Source of the DNA: Paraspadella gotoi
Lineage: Eukaryota; Animalia; Chaetognatha
Length of the DNA: 64,000 nt
Direction of reading: 5' to 3'
Assembly (NCBI GenBank): GCA_051294375.1
Contig: CM119267.1
Span: 3,987,260 to 4,051,259 of the forward strand
The notes beneath the pieces are model-generated. The model was not told where the DNA came from. It did no database searches and worked only from the letters and a program-made list of their open reading frames with translations. Within the stretch, counting starts at the first letter, position 1, and the number at the start of each line of letters is the position of its first letter. Made by a program: the position numbers and the translations under genes. Below are positions 1 through 30,745 of the stretch, in pieces.

Positions 1-619
1 TTAGTTACGATGATAAAAGTTAAAGTCACAATCTCGCTATTCAAATCACTTAATGCAAAAGCGCATATTTTCCCTTTTCAATTGATGTGCTAGCAAAATA
101 GTCTTTGTCCATTTTAAAGGCTAATAAGTTAAAAAAATACCTAAATTTTTAAGTTTTTTTTTTTTTTTTTTAGGGATACAATCTTCATTAGTAGTTACTC
201 AGTCATGTGATGAAGAAAGAATATGAAAATTCCAGTAGACCATAAAAGCGTCGAGATTGGTAGTAAAATGGCAGACAAGGCAATTGAGTTGTTGATATAC
301 GTCTTGGCTTAGTTTTGATTTTGTCACTGAAACAAATTATCGTGCGATTTTTATCAAATTCAAACAACAGTTTTACTGCGTTAAAATATAGTTTATTTAC
401 GTAATTGAGAGCGAAAGAAAAAAAAAATATATATATATAAAAGATACAGGAAAGGACCTCTGAGAACGCGGAAGCTAAAATCTGAAGCCTTAAATTGCGA
501 AGTTCTCTCGCTATATTTAAACCCAAATGCAATCTTCAGAATACTGCATTCTGTATACAGTATACTGCATAGCCCTTCTTGGTGCTCTGAACAGATACCT
601 GAATCAGTAGGCGGTGTAT

Positions 620-17474
<16,855 letters not shown>

Positions 17475-17647
17475 CTGGGGGGGGGTCAGGGTGGAGGGGG
17501 GGGGAAAGAGGAGGGGAGGGTTTTGAATTTGATTGGTGAGACTGATGGGTTAGATTGATTTGTTTTGATCGGATGGAATTATTTTGATTGTTTTTGATTG
17601 ATTGATTGGATCGATTTTTTTTGGATTGAGAGAGGAGAGAGAGAGGA

Positions 17648-17831
<184 letters not shown>

Positions 17832-17880
17832 AGAGAGAAGACCGACCAGAACAGACCCGACCGACGCAAAAAAATCTCAC

Positions 17881-18303
17881 CCTATCGTCGATCGTCTGCT
17901 TTTCAAGTTTGCGTTTCTCATCGAAATCTGCGTCGGAAAGACAGGACTTTCTCCACGAGGTCGTCGGGGATCGAGGGGTGTGTTCACGATGGGGAGGTCC
18001 GAGGGGGTAGAGAGGGGTGTCGACGAGGGGGTTGCCGCGACCCGCTCCATCTGGACGGAAGGTAAGTGAATGAGGAGGGGCGGGTCGACGCCGCCGCCGC
18101 GGTCGGATATTCGGCGCCGGCGCCGGCGTCCGTCGTCGGCTTCTTCGATCGACCGGCGTCGTCGGCGGCGATCGGCGAGAGACGGCGCCATCGACGCCGT
18201 GGAATCCACGGCGCTCCTCGTCATCGCGGGCGGCGTCATCGTTGTTTTGAAGGGTTTGAGGGAAAAGGTTTGGGGGGGGGTTGATGATTGGAGATAAAAA
18301 AAT
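17881..18303 (-). other. Probable upstream exon of the channel gene (GC-rich; 5'UTR/uORF or N-terminal extension MTPPAMTRSAV...)
   Basis: Polypyrimidine tract plus cag acceptor near 18304, gtgag donor at 17880, open frame of about 120 codons from the ATG near 18239. Confidence 0.45.
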
Positions 18304-20164
18304 CTGAAAGGAGGAGGGAGGAGGAGGAGGAGGAGGAGGAGGGAAAGATAACAATTAAAAATTAAGAAAAATGATACTTTTCCTTTACTGTAAATTCTTG
18401 TAATGGCAATATTGATAATATTGACTGGAAATTTTTCATATTTTTTTTTAGGAAAGATAAGCAAAACCAAAAGGCTTTTTCGCGGGCCCCGGAAAAAGAC
18501 TATTAAACTGAAGAAATACAAATATAAAAAGTTTTTAAAAAAAACAGAAGAAAAAGTCCTAGAAGCACGTTAAAAATTATCTAACATAATATCATATCAT
18601 ATATATTTATAGTATTAATTATCAATCCCGAAAATAATTTTGACTCACCACAGAAAAGAATACGAAGGTCCGAATGCGTCGCCCGCGTCTTTAGAGCGGA
18701 ACTTTTTTTTCGGGGGGGGGGCTTTTTCTATTGAGCAAAAAAAAAACAAAAAAACTTTAAAAAAACTGTTTTCGTGAGTTCTAACGTGAATCGTTTTATA
18801 TGGTTTATTTTTCTCACAGTTGTTTTTTTTTCCGTTGATTTATTAACGAGGGAGGGGGAAGGGTAATTATAGCGTCGTGGTCGGCGGAGCGCTCAAGGCT
18901 TTTGCAAACTGATCACTGTGTGGCGGGTTTTTTTTTTTGGGGGGGGGAAGAATAAATCTGATTTTTTTTTTTATGTTGTTGTGACTTTTACCGTCTTCAA
19001 TAATATTTCCCGTGTCTTGTTCTTTTTTTTTTCTAATTTGGTCTAATTTAAGTTAGAAATAGTTAATGAAAAATCGTAGCTAGTTGTAAAATGTGACGGT
19101 GTTGGAAAAGGAAAAAATTGCAGAAATGCTTTAGATGTTGAGAAGAGAGAGAGAAGTGGTGAAATAATAATATTGAAAAAGACCTTTTTTTTTTCTCTTA
19201 GAAGACTTAGTCAGTTTAAAGATGAAAAGGTGGCGTTAGAATTGAGAATGACTTTCTTCAGCTTATCATCAGTCTTTTGTTTTTTTTGTTTTTTTTTTTT
19301 TTATTTATATATCATCGATGTTTTTTTTTGTTTTTTTATTTCTCAGGAAATGTTAAGTTAATTTTTTTTTCTTAATAGAAATTTGGAAAAGATTCTATCT
19401 CTGAGTGTTTGAAATACTGTAATACTCTAAGTTTTCGGTATGTTATTGGTTTCTCCGTAGACGGCCAACATATTTAATCAATTGATAGAAGAAAAATATG
19501 CAGACGAGGTTCCCTTGAGAAAAGGATTGTCGACTTTTGTCTCGATGGCGATCAATAATAAAAGTTAACTGATTCAAGAATACAGTCTTTTTTTTCGTAG
19601 TATTACGGGAAGCTTAATTTTTTGTAGGCAAAGTTTAGAAAATTAAAAATGAAGTCTGAAAATGATGATAAGTTTGTTTTTTTGGTTTTTTGTTTGGTTT
19701 TTTTTTTTGTTTTTTTTTGTTTTAATAGTCGTCACCCGTCTGGAAGACCTAAAGGACAAATTTTTTTAAAATTCAAATCCTTTTTTTTTTTAAATGATAA
19801 CAAAAATTCCTCTTATTCCTCTTATTCCGTTTGACTTTTAAAACTAAGTAACTTATTAGAGAGGTATATAGCCTATATAAACAACTGTCTGTTTTATTAA
19901 ACAATCATTAAAGTTCTTAAGACAATAACCAGTTTTATATCTAAAACCGTAATACCGTGAAGTTTGTTTGTTTTTTTTTTCATAAAACTGACCTGAAGTT
20001 GAATCTTCAAAAAGAAAGTTTGGTGCTTTGATGTCGGGAGATGAAATTGGATGAAAAAAGTGCGAAATGATGAAATCCAAACGTGGAAAAAGTTGTATTT
20101 TTTGTTTTTTTGTTTTGTTTCAATGCATGAAAATTGTTTTATGTACAGTGAAAAATGTGGAAGA

Positions 20165-20199
<35 letters not shown>

Positions 20200-20208
20200 G
20201 GAGAGAGA

Positions 20209-20251
<43 letters not shown>

Positions 20252-21901
20252 ATAGATAATAGCGAGAGTTTAAGAAATCAGTTCATTGTTGTTTGTTTTT
20301 TTAAACTTCTTCCGAACGTTGTTGTTGATGTTTTTTTTTGTTGTTGTTGTTAACAGGAGTATAATGTTGCCGAATTTGTTTTGTTTTTTTTTTTTATTTA
20401 AAGAACGTGGTATTTGAATGTAAACAATGGTGGTAATTGAAGTAGCAATGTATTATGTACTAATTATAAAAGTTGAAGATATAATGCTTTTTTTTTTCTC
20501 GAAGGTATAATGCGAACTGATGTCTCGGAAAAAAGAAAAAAAATATTTGTTTCTCCTCCTTTTTTTTTGAGTGAAACGGGTTTCAACTTCAGGTTGCAGT
20601 CAACTACAATCTTCCTTTTCGAATATTAATTTATTTATTTTTAATTTCAGAGGAGATTTTCTCCTCTCGCTCTGTTTTTTTGTTTTAATTTTTGTTTTGT
20701 TTTGTTGCGAGAGAAAGAAAATGAGCCCCCTCTGTTTTGTTTTTTCTGGCCCGTTGGTAATTATTACTTTTTTTTTTGAAGCCCGATATTAAATCTAAGT
20801 TTACTTAGGAAAACGTTTAAATATATATATATATATTTGGCGGGAACCAAATGTAATCGATTGACTCTCGACCTTTTAAAACTGGATTTCAATTCGAGGC
20901 GAAATTGTCTGCTATTTGAATCGTGTTAAGAGGCCAAAGGATTCCCTCTTATTTAAAAGTCTGTGTTCTTTTGTTTGTTTGTTTTTTTTTCGCTTGACCG
21001 CTGAGTGTTTTTAGTTTATTTGTTGTTTTTTTTTTCAAACTGAGAGATTTTTTTTTCCTTTTAGTCGAAGCAACGAATTTAATTGTGGGAGAGAATATAC
21101 TGAGGTTGAACTGCGGACGCAGCGCCTGTGTGAGGAAAAACGTCAAGTAAGTGAATAAGAAGAAAGAGTCATTCTCCAAGATGTTGAGCCGTATTGATTA
21201 TCGATTATCATTTATTTCTTAACAATCTTTAATTTAAACCTCTGTTGCCTATGACTTTTTTATTTTTATAAACTTATTAAAAAAAATATTATTAAATATC
21301 TACTAAAAAAATTATTACAACATACTTAATATATATTTCGTTATTTAAATGAAATAGATTAATAGAGACACCGAATGATAGACAGACCGACCAAAAAGTT
21401 ACTTACAGAGTTGCTACGCGAGAAGATTCTTTTTTTTATCGATTTTACTCCATTTTCTTGGGTCACGCGAAAAGATTTCACTTCATATACTAGATTCACT
21501 TTTTTCTTTCTTTTTCAAAAAATGACGCCAAAAAAAAAAATATTTAAACTCACCTTAGTATAACGTATTCTTCGTTTATTTTGAAATAATTATAATGTCC
21601 AACATGATTCAACAGCAGGATTTGCTATAAAAATAGAAAAAGTAATTTTCATTTTCGGATTGAAGAAGAAAAGAGAGAACCTCAGATCTTGTCCGACAGA
21701 CGACTTACCCGTTCCAGTTTCAGTTCCGAAAGTCAATCAATACTCAATGAATCCTAATTTACAATAAAAATCGGATTCTCAGCTTTTGTCCTTTTTTAAT
21801 GAAAACTGTTTAATACTGAAGGAGCGAATTTGAGGAGACCAGAAGATTTGTAGCGCTGCCGTTGATTGCCCCCAACCTAGAAGATCCAATTTCGCCCATC
21901 T

Positions 21902-22022
<121 letters not shown>

Positions 22023-22980
22023 GGGGGGGTGGCGGAGGAAAATCAAAACGGATGAGAAAATGAAGAGAAAATTGGAGGAAAGACAAAAGAAAAAAAAAGA
22101 AAAGAAAAGGTATAAGAAATTAAAAAAGAGGAAAAGAGAGAGAGAAAAAAAAAAGAATAAATGAAGGATAGAATACGACAAAAAATCCTCCAGATTGGCA
22201 GACAAATGGACCAAGACTGACCTTTTTTTTGCGACCTGGATGTCAGCTGTTGATTTTCAGTGCACTACGAGCGGATTGTGTGACTTCGTGCTGTGAGATG
22301 TTCCAAGATTGAAAATTCCCTTTCACCTAAAAAAGAAAAAAAAATACAAATTGTGTGAAATGTAGAAGAAAAGTTTCGTGGCGGAAAGATTTAAATTTTG
22401 AATACAATTTAGCTCAAGTTTGGGCATATGTTTTTAAAGTTTTACTACTACATAAACAAAAATTTAGAATAAAAGATTTTTTTTTTAAATTTCGGAGGTT
22501 TATAATTTATATTTCCCTGTTTTACAAACACCAAGAAAAAAAAGGAGCTAGTCAAGTCTACGAAAAAGATTTTCTTATCTGAGGTTTAGTGTACATTAGA
22601 TATCAATTATTCCGCGAATTTTCCGAAACCTCAAAGTCTCGTCTCGCGTCAGAGCCTCGCTTCCTCCAATCAAAGGACTCGCTTCGTTTCTCAACCAATC
22701 AGAGCTCCGCGATTCCGACCGCGAGCGCGAAAACGATGACGCGACCGGGATATTTTCGACCAATAGGAAGGCGCTATTTTCGAGCAGCGGCCAATAATTT
22801 GACGCGATTAAGTCGATATATATTTCTGTATTTCTCTAGGCCTTGAGTTTGCGGTAATCTTCCCCTAATACGGACCATATTCGACCCTCATTCATATTCG
22901 CGACTAGGATAGAACAAGTCTCTCTCTCTGTTTCTCTCTCTCTCTCTCTCTCTCTCTGCTCTTCGTCCTTGGTTGTCGAG

Positions 22981-23278
22981 ATGGATTTTCGATCGGATGG
23001 ATGGATGGATTGAATAGATTTAAAGATGGATGGATGGGAGATGGATAGATGGATGTGTGTATGGATGGAAGACAAAGTGTAAAATGGATGAATGGATTGA
23101 AGGATCAATATTATTACAGTTAATGAATGGATGGCCGAACAAATAAACGGATGTATGGATTGATGGATACAATGAAAGAATGAAACGGAAGGATATATTG
23201 ATATATAGATGGATTTACGGATTAAGTATCGATAAAATGGATGGATGAATAGATAATTGGAATAATGGATGATGGATT
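22981..23278. repeat. Degenerate (GGAT)n tetranucleotide repeat
   Basis: Recurring atgg/ggat units. Confidence 0.8.
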
Positions 23279-23416
23279 AGTGCGTATTACGATTTTTAAA
23301 TTTTTAGCCTCTAATCTTTAAACGAAATTCCTTTTTGCTTATATTCTTTTTTTTTTCCGGTTTTACTGGTTGCACCGTGAAGGGCATCAAGCACGGGGAG
23401 CAGGAGATGTAAGTTG

Positions 23417-23527
<111 letters not shown>

Positions 23528-23592
23528 AATGAGACGCTCGACGCCATCCGAGCACGGAAACGCCTACGGCCTCACGTGACTTAGACCAGGAA

Positions 23593-23631
<39 letters not shown>

Positions 23632-25153
23632 CGTCGACCAGTGAAACGAAGCCAATATCTATGGTCTTGAGACGCTGAATCTTTTCCTTTATCGCGTTCT
23701 TATATACTGAATTTCTTGGTAGGAAATTCAAGGTCGCTTCCAAATTTGAAGTCGGTTACACTTATGAATAATTGAATATTCATAAAATATAATTGAGGCT
23801 CATTTACTGTCACCAGAGTTTAGTTAAAATTAATTGAATATTACATGACTACGAGAGTTATCAGGGATTGGTCGGTAAAGCGATATTTTTTTAGTTTTAC
23901 CTTTTCTAATAAGTTCTAGTCAAGTTTTTTTTTGAGAGCGTTCCCTTTTATCATGTTTTAAGTTACAAGTTCTGAACATTTTCTACTCTCTAGATCCTTT
24001 CTTTTCTTTAGACTTTACAGCGGAGTATTCACAATATTCTAGTGTTTACTCCGTTATTTAATTCAATGATATAATTTTTAATATGTCTCGGATCTATTTT
24101 CTTTTTTCTCATGCTAATAAACATTTAACTTATATTAAACTTACATTTCGCTCGACACTGATTATGAAGTTGCGACGATGGACGAAACGTTGTTGCTTTG
24201 TTCGACTTTGATCTTTGGGTTATAGAAAGACGGGCCCCCTATCGTCGCAACTGTTAAACTGATGTGGCTCGAGCTTCTTTGTTTTTTTTTTCGCGGAAAG
24301 TCGTGATCCTTGATTGAAATGAAATGTATTTAAAAAAAATAAAAAACCAAATTGATATATAAGTATGTAAATACGTGAAAAAAAAATGTTTTTTTCTTCT
24401 TTCTCTCTCTTTTGTTTTTCTCCAAAAATATAGTTAAAATTCAGGAGAGAGATCATAATTTAAATCTTTTTGGGAAGAAAACGTATATGAGGCAAAATAC
24501 TTATCTACTACATTCTTTTGGATGTCCAAAATTGACTCGGAGAGTACAACGGTACAAATTAAAGAATAAAAGTTATATGTCAAAAAAATAATTCACCTAC
24601 GAGAAATAAAAAAATAAATTTGAGAATAGAATATAGATAAAATGTTACTAATAACCAAAAAAAAAAGGCTTCGTTCATTTAGATTTCCGGAGGCAACGAA
24701 AACTCGCGATTCTCTCTCGCTTATTCTCTACCGATGCGCCACCTCCTTGACTCGTCTGGTCCGGAGGACTTGGCGCGTGGGAATTTTCGACGCCTACGCC
24801 TTTCGTGAAAAACTAAAAAGTCGATGACAATGACGTGAAAGGAGGAAAAGAGGAGGAAGAGGACGAGGAATAAATGATCTTTCTGATTAAGAGCGGAGGA
24901 AGAGAAAATTTTTTTAATTTAAAACTTAAAATTAAGAAAGAAGTACAACGAGAAGAGAAAAAGTAAAAAGAAAAAGAAAAAAAATTTAAGAGAGTTTTAA
25001 ACACGTTTTTTAAAAAAGTTAAAGTTTCAAAACAGGAAGGTAATCAATCAAGGAATGTTTGCGCAGGACAAATTTCCATCAAAATTTGAAAATGCAAATT
25101 AAAAAGTTCCGGGGACAAAAACACATTTCGTAGTTTTGATTATACCAATATAG

Positions 25154-25192
<39 letters not shown>

Positions 25193-26150
25193 TTAATATT
25201 AATATTAATATTCAATAACTCTCCCTGAATTTTACTTTAAATTCGTACTGACTTACCTCAATTTTCAGGTCTCTAGATTAAAAGTTCCTTGGTTTGAATT
25301 TTTTTTTTTGACTTTGCATTAAATGAAATGTTGATTGGTTCTTGCGATGCTATTATTTGTTAATAAATGGAGAAAATGATGAAGATGCGGAAGGAAAAAG
25401 TAAACATTGAGTGAAGTTGGAGAGAACGAAGAAGCGGAGCCACAAAGACCGAGTGATTTGGAGAATTTCTGGAGACGAGGGGGGGGGTGTTAAATGTAAA
25501 CTATTATGTAATCTGAGGAACGTAACCAAATGAGACAGCCAGCCTTTTTGAAGTTTCGGTACTATATACCAATTTTTAATTGATTTTATCTTTATAGTCT
25601 GCATGTTGCCTTTTATTTTATTATTGTTATTCCAGATGAGTCGCTTCTCACCTAATTTTGCGAATTTCGTCCAGATTCTGGGCCGCGGCGAATTGGGGCG
25701 GCACGGGCTAGCCGCCGCGGCCTGGCGAGCCCTCTGCAAACAAAGGAGCAACGGAATGTCGATTCAGTTTTTTTTTAAAATGCAGAAATTTTAAAAATAA
25801 AAAAGTTTTTTTTCTCATGATTCATGATATTAACGGTGACTAATACAAAACGACTTTATTAGCAAAACGCAGTTGATGAAAGAGACATCTCATACACAGA
25901 GATTTTTCATAAAAGGATTTTTTTAGTGTTTACTAATACAAGTGCAGTTTTATTTTAGCCAATTGTTATATTTATTAAGACAGATTTTGTATAAAAAAAA
26001 AATCAATCAAAAAATCCTGAGACTAAAACATAGATTCTTTTTTAAAAGCTATAATTTTAATAGTTGTCAAAAATTTCGATCGTATCAAATAGTTTTAGAA
26101 CAAATTTCACATAATTTCAACAATAGTTAAAACAAAAGATTTTCTTTTAC

Positions 26151-26219
26151 CTGTCAGGTAATGGTTATTGGTCCAATACCGACTTTGGGCCATTGGCAAG
26201 TCGGTTGATGCCGATGATA
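26151..26219 (-). other. Candidate distal 5' exon of the channel gene (MAQSRYWTNNHYLT, phase 1)
   Basis: tttttacag/gtaaaa boundaries. Phase 1 would join the 17474 exon in the frame that runs into exon 2. A further gtgagt donor lies at 26696. Confidence 0.35.
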
Positions 26220-26448
26220 CTGTAAAAATAGAAAATTGATTTTTTTTTCAGCATCGCACGATTTTCATTATCTCCGTTGCCGTCATCGTCGTCGTCGTGG
26301 TCGTCGTCGGAAAATTGACAAATCTATTTTAGGATTCGCTCTATCCACCTCTGTCAATCTTTCTCTGAGAAATTGATTTCGTTCTATTCATATAAAATTA
26401 AATAAAAAAAAGGATTGTTTTACTTCTTTTTTTAATTCAATATAGTTT

Positions 26449-26528
<80 letters not shown>

Positions 26529-27026
26529 AATTTTTTTTCTTCTCTCCGACTCTCTCTCTCGCTCCCTTCCTCTCTCCCGCTTTCCCCTCCCCCCTCTAAA
26601 ACCCCTAATTGCCCCCCCCCAACATTTTACAACGATAACCAATGAAACTTGTAACGAACCCAAATCGAAATCAATCATACACACATACATACTCACGAAT
26701 ATAAAATTGTCGCAATGTTTAATGGCGTCGTTGTTGCCGCCAACGATTCAATTCTCCTAGTTGGGCTTCTTTTGGGGCTTCAAGGCTGCGTTTGATCTGA
26801 AGTCGCGACCGGAGGAAGGCCATGGAACCTGGAGGAGAAGGAGGAGGAAGAAGAGGAAGAGGAGAAGGCGGAGGAGGAGGAGGTGAAGGATATCTCTTTA
26901 GTAGGAGGAAGAGGAAGAGCGTTTGGCGAGGGTGCTCTCCCGCGATTCTATGGTGCGCGCGGCTTATGCGGAGTCTCAGTGTTTTTTTTTTTTTTTTTTC
27001 GCTGGGCGAGATTCTCGGGGGCGCAC

Positions 27027-27078
<52 letters not shown>

Positions 27079-27154
27079 GAGACAGAGAGAGAGAGAGAGA
27101 GAGACTCATAGAGGAAAAAGAGCGGCTTTCTCTTTCTCTCTCTCTCTCTCTCTC

Positions 27155-27191
<37 letters not shown>

Positions 27192-27795
27192 TGCTGCCTC
27201 GTGCGGAAAACCTAGACGCAGTCGCGCGCGCGCAGCTTCCGACGCCTCCCAGACTGCGTGCCTGTGTGTCTGCGTGCAGACCGCGTGGCTGCGTGCGTCG
27301 GCTTCTTGCGTTTCTCCCTTTCGCAGCGCTGAGATCCATAACGTTCCTTTCGGTCGAAATATAAACGAAAGGAAGGAAAAATCAGCGCTATTTACCGAAA
27401 ACGACGCTTTTATGTTCAGAAATCAATGAACTTAAATTTAATTCTAATATCTAGAACTCTTATCTTTTTTTTATAATGCTTAATCTAATCTCCAACCTTA
27501 ATCCACAACCTTTTTCCCTAACTTAATCTTTATCCGTAACCTTTAACCCGATATTCAAAACTAAAAGTTAAAACGGAGCCCTTCTAGAAAAGATGGCCGA
27601 AAATAGGACCGATATAAACGTCAGACCGACCAAATGGAATGGCCGAATGGAATAAAAGAGGGACATCGACGAAATGTCTCTTTTTGAGCCACGCCCAGTC
27701 GCCGACTGACCAAAGATCGGTAATGAGGTTCGGTTTAGATCCCTCACCCCCCCCCTTCGTCCCCGGTTATTGATATTCGCAATTAGTTTCGGTTT

Positions 27796-27837
27796 GGGGA
27801 ACAGGGTGTGGGGAACAGGGTGTGGGGAACAGGGGTG
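27796..27837. repeat. 14-bp tandem repeat (TGGGGAACAGGGTG)x3
   Basis: Read directly. Confidence 0.85.
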
Positions 27838-28359
27838 GGGAGGGTTGTTGAGAGGGAGGCGGAGGGGTGGAAAGGGAAGGGTGGACGATAAGTGTGGAGC
27901 TTCGTTCCGATTGGTGGAAAACGGGTTTCCTCTGATGAGAATCGTTTAATTGATAAAATAATTAAAAAGTTAAATCTTATCTTTATTATGTTAAATATTA
28001 AATTGGAATTTTCTGTTATTTCCCATGAAGCCTATCATATCGAAACAAATTTTTTTTTAATTTATTTTGAATATTTTAGTTTGTCTTTGCCAACCCCTTT
28101 GTAACTCTTTTGTCGAAATAACTTGACTCGAAGACAAATTGTCATCACAAATGGCCAACTCCTCGGACCCCCCAAGTACCAAATAATTTTTCTATAAAAA
28201 AAGGGGAAAAAAATCTTCCATAAAGTATAATTAGATTAAAGTTGGCTTGACATCGAACAATCAATTTCATACAACGAAGCAAAATTGAAAGGCCCACATT
28301 AACCTCCCGCGCGCGAAAGTCTTAACGGGCGGAGACACGCGAAGAAAAAGATGGAAACG

Positions 28360-28800
28360 TCAAGGAAGGGGAGAAAAAATAAGAGAGGAAAAAAGGGAGA
28401 GAAAAAAAGAAAAAAAGGGAGAGAAAATAACAGAAAAAATTTGGAGAAAAAGTAAGGAAAAATTTGAAAAGAAAGTAAGGAAAAAATGGGAAAGAAAATA
28501 AGGAAAAAATGGGAGAGAAAATAAGGAAAAAAAGGGAGAGAAACTAAGGAAAAAATGGGAGAGAAAATAAGAAAAAAATGGGAAAGAAAATAAGGAAAAA
28601 ATGGGAAAGAAAATAAGGAAAAAATGATAAAAGAAAATAAGGGAAAAAAATGATAAAAGAAAATAAGGTAAAAAGAGTAGAAAATAAAGGAAAATAAGGG
28701 GAGAGGAAATAATGAAAAAAATAAGGGGAAAGAAAAAGATGGAAAAAAATGGGGGGAAAGGTAAAAAAAAAGAAGGGGAAAATAAAGAAAAATAAGGGTC
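28360..28800. repeat. Purine-rich ~23-bp degenerate tandem repeat (ggaaaaaatgggaaagaaaataa)
   Basis: Read directly. Confidence 0.8.
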
Positions 28801-29215
28801 CATATTTTCTCATTTTGTGTTTTTAGCGCTTAATGCTGAACGAGTGTGCTTCCGACTGGTTGGATAAATTGTCGGCGCTAATCAGGGAATCGAGGCGCGA
28901 GACGTTCTTTTGTTTTCCTGTAAAATTCCCTCCCTTCGTTTGTTTATTTTTATTATAGGGGGCGAGAAAGAACTCGTCATGAATATTAAAAAAAGATGTG
29001 TTTTCCCGATACCCTGAATATTAGATTAGAAAACAAACGAGTCTTGGTTTTAGATCATGTAAAAAAAAGGGATTTTTTACGAGTTCGCTATAAAAGAGAT
29101 TAAAAAAAAATCTCGTTTTATATTTCAGATATTTTTTCGTGTAATAGCTATCGCGCACGCAGCCTTGCGCACGCAGTTTGTTATTTTTCGCTGCCTCGTG
29201 CTTCTTTGAAGCGAG

Positions 29216-29254
<39 letters not shown>

Positions 29255-29774
29255 TTGGTACTTTACTTCCTCGCGATTTTTCCAGTCGTTCACGGTCTGA
29301 TGGCAAAGTTTGGTCATCGGGCACGATACGGTAAGAAAGAACACCTGTCCAGTGTCCAGTGATGGGTTTATCATAATTCACGGCCAAACGTGAGTGAAAT
29401 ACGTTAATGTCCTTAAAAGAACCATCGAAATAAATTGATTGAAAACTTAATATTTTATGCAATTTCATAAAGAAATATCAAAGGGTTCTTTTTCTTTTTC
29501 CTCGAATCACATTCCTCGTTCCTCCTTTTTCAACAAATCTATAAATCTTTCCCCCTTTTTTTTTATAATTGCTATTCAATCCCCATCGATATAATTTCTT
29601 TTTTTCCTTTCGTTATTATTAAAAAAAGGGTTCGCAGGGAAGTAATTCGGTTAGCGTCCTTTCTCTTTTCATGGTGCGAATGTATACGGCAGCAGCACGC
29701 GAATCCCCATGGTGCGAGGACGGCAGAGCAGCGGCGCGGCGGGCGGATCGGGAGCGGAGTTCCTGGGCCCATGC

Positions 29775-29879
<105 letters not shown>

Positions 29880-30154
29880 CATCGTTCGCACGAGAGGCCG
29901 CATCGAGGAAGAGAAGGAAAAGACGGGGGGGGAAAGGAGCTCCAGTCCTGAGACTCGAAACATGATCGAGAATCTTTTCCTTTCTTTTCCTCCTTTTTCC
30001 TCCTTTTTTCTTTTTCTTTCCTCCCTCTTCCTTCTTTTTCCCATAAATCGTGCCGACTTGCCTAGTGCATATTTCCTCCCCTTCGAAATCAAGAGTTACG
30101 ATCGAATCTACCCCCCCCCCACGAAAAATCGGATTTGCGTGTGGCGCGGACGCG

Positions 30155-30246
30155 GTCTGTCGGTCGGTCCGTGTGTCTGTCGGTCGGTCCGTGTGCCTGT
30201 CGGTCGGTCCGTGTGTCTGTCGGTCGGTCCGTGTGTCTGTCGGTCC
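30155..30246. repeat. 20-bp tandem repeat (cggtcggtccgtgtgtctgt)x4
   Basis: Read directly. Confidence 0.9.
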
Positions 30247-30745
30247 CGGATCGCGCGGCGCTGTAGGGGAAGGGGTTCAGCGGTCTGCGGTCGTTGAACT
30301 CGAGGGAGCGATTCCACCATTAGGAGGGAGTTCTCGCTCCTCCGTCTCGGCGCGCGTAGAGTTTAAGAAATGAGAGAGAGAAAAAATATATTTAAAAATA
30401 GATAATAATCGAGTTATAACATTCTGCCTGGTGTTAATCAGTGGAAAGATAAAGAAGTGAGTATTTTTTTTTTTTTATTGTTTGTCTTTTCAAATACTGT
30501 TAATCACGTTGCATTTAGAATCGGCGAAAGAAAAGCGTTTTCTTTTCATATTAAAAAAATTAATTATTTTTTAAAATTATCGCACACCACTATCGAAAAA
30601 AAAATTTCAGTTAAAAAAAAAACAAATTCATAAACGTCAAAACATTAATCTTTCCCCTCGTCGTAAATTGGATCTGTACATATTTGTACATCCTACATAT
30701 AAATATAACAAATAAACTCGACCTATACGTCCGATCACGATTTTC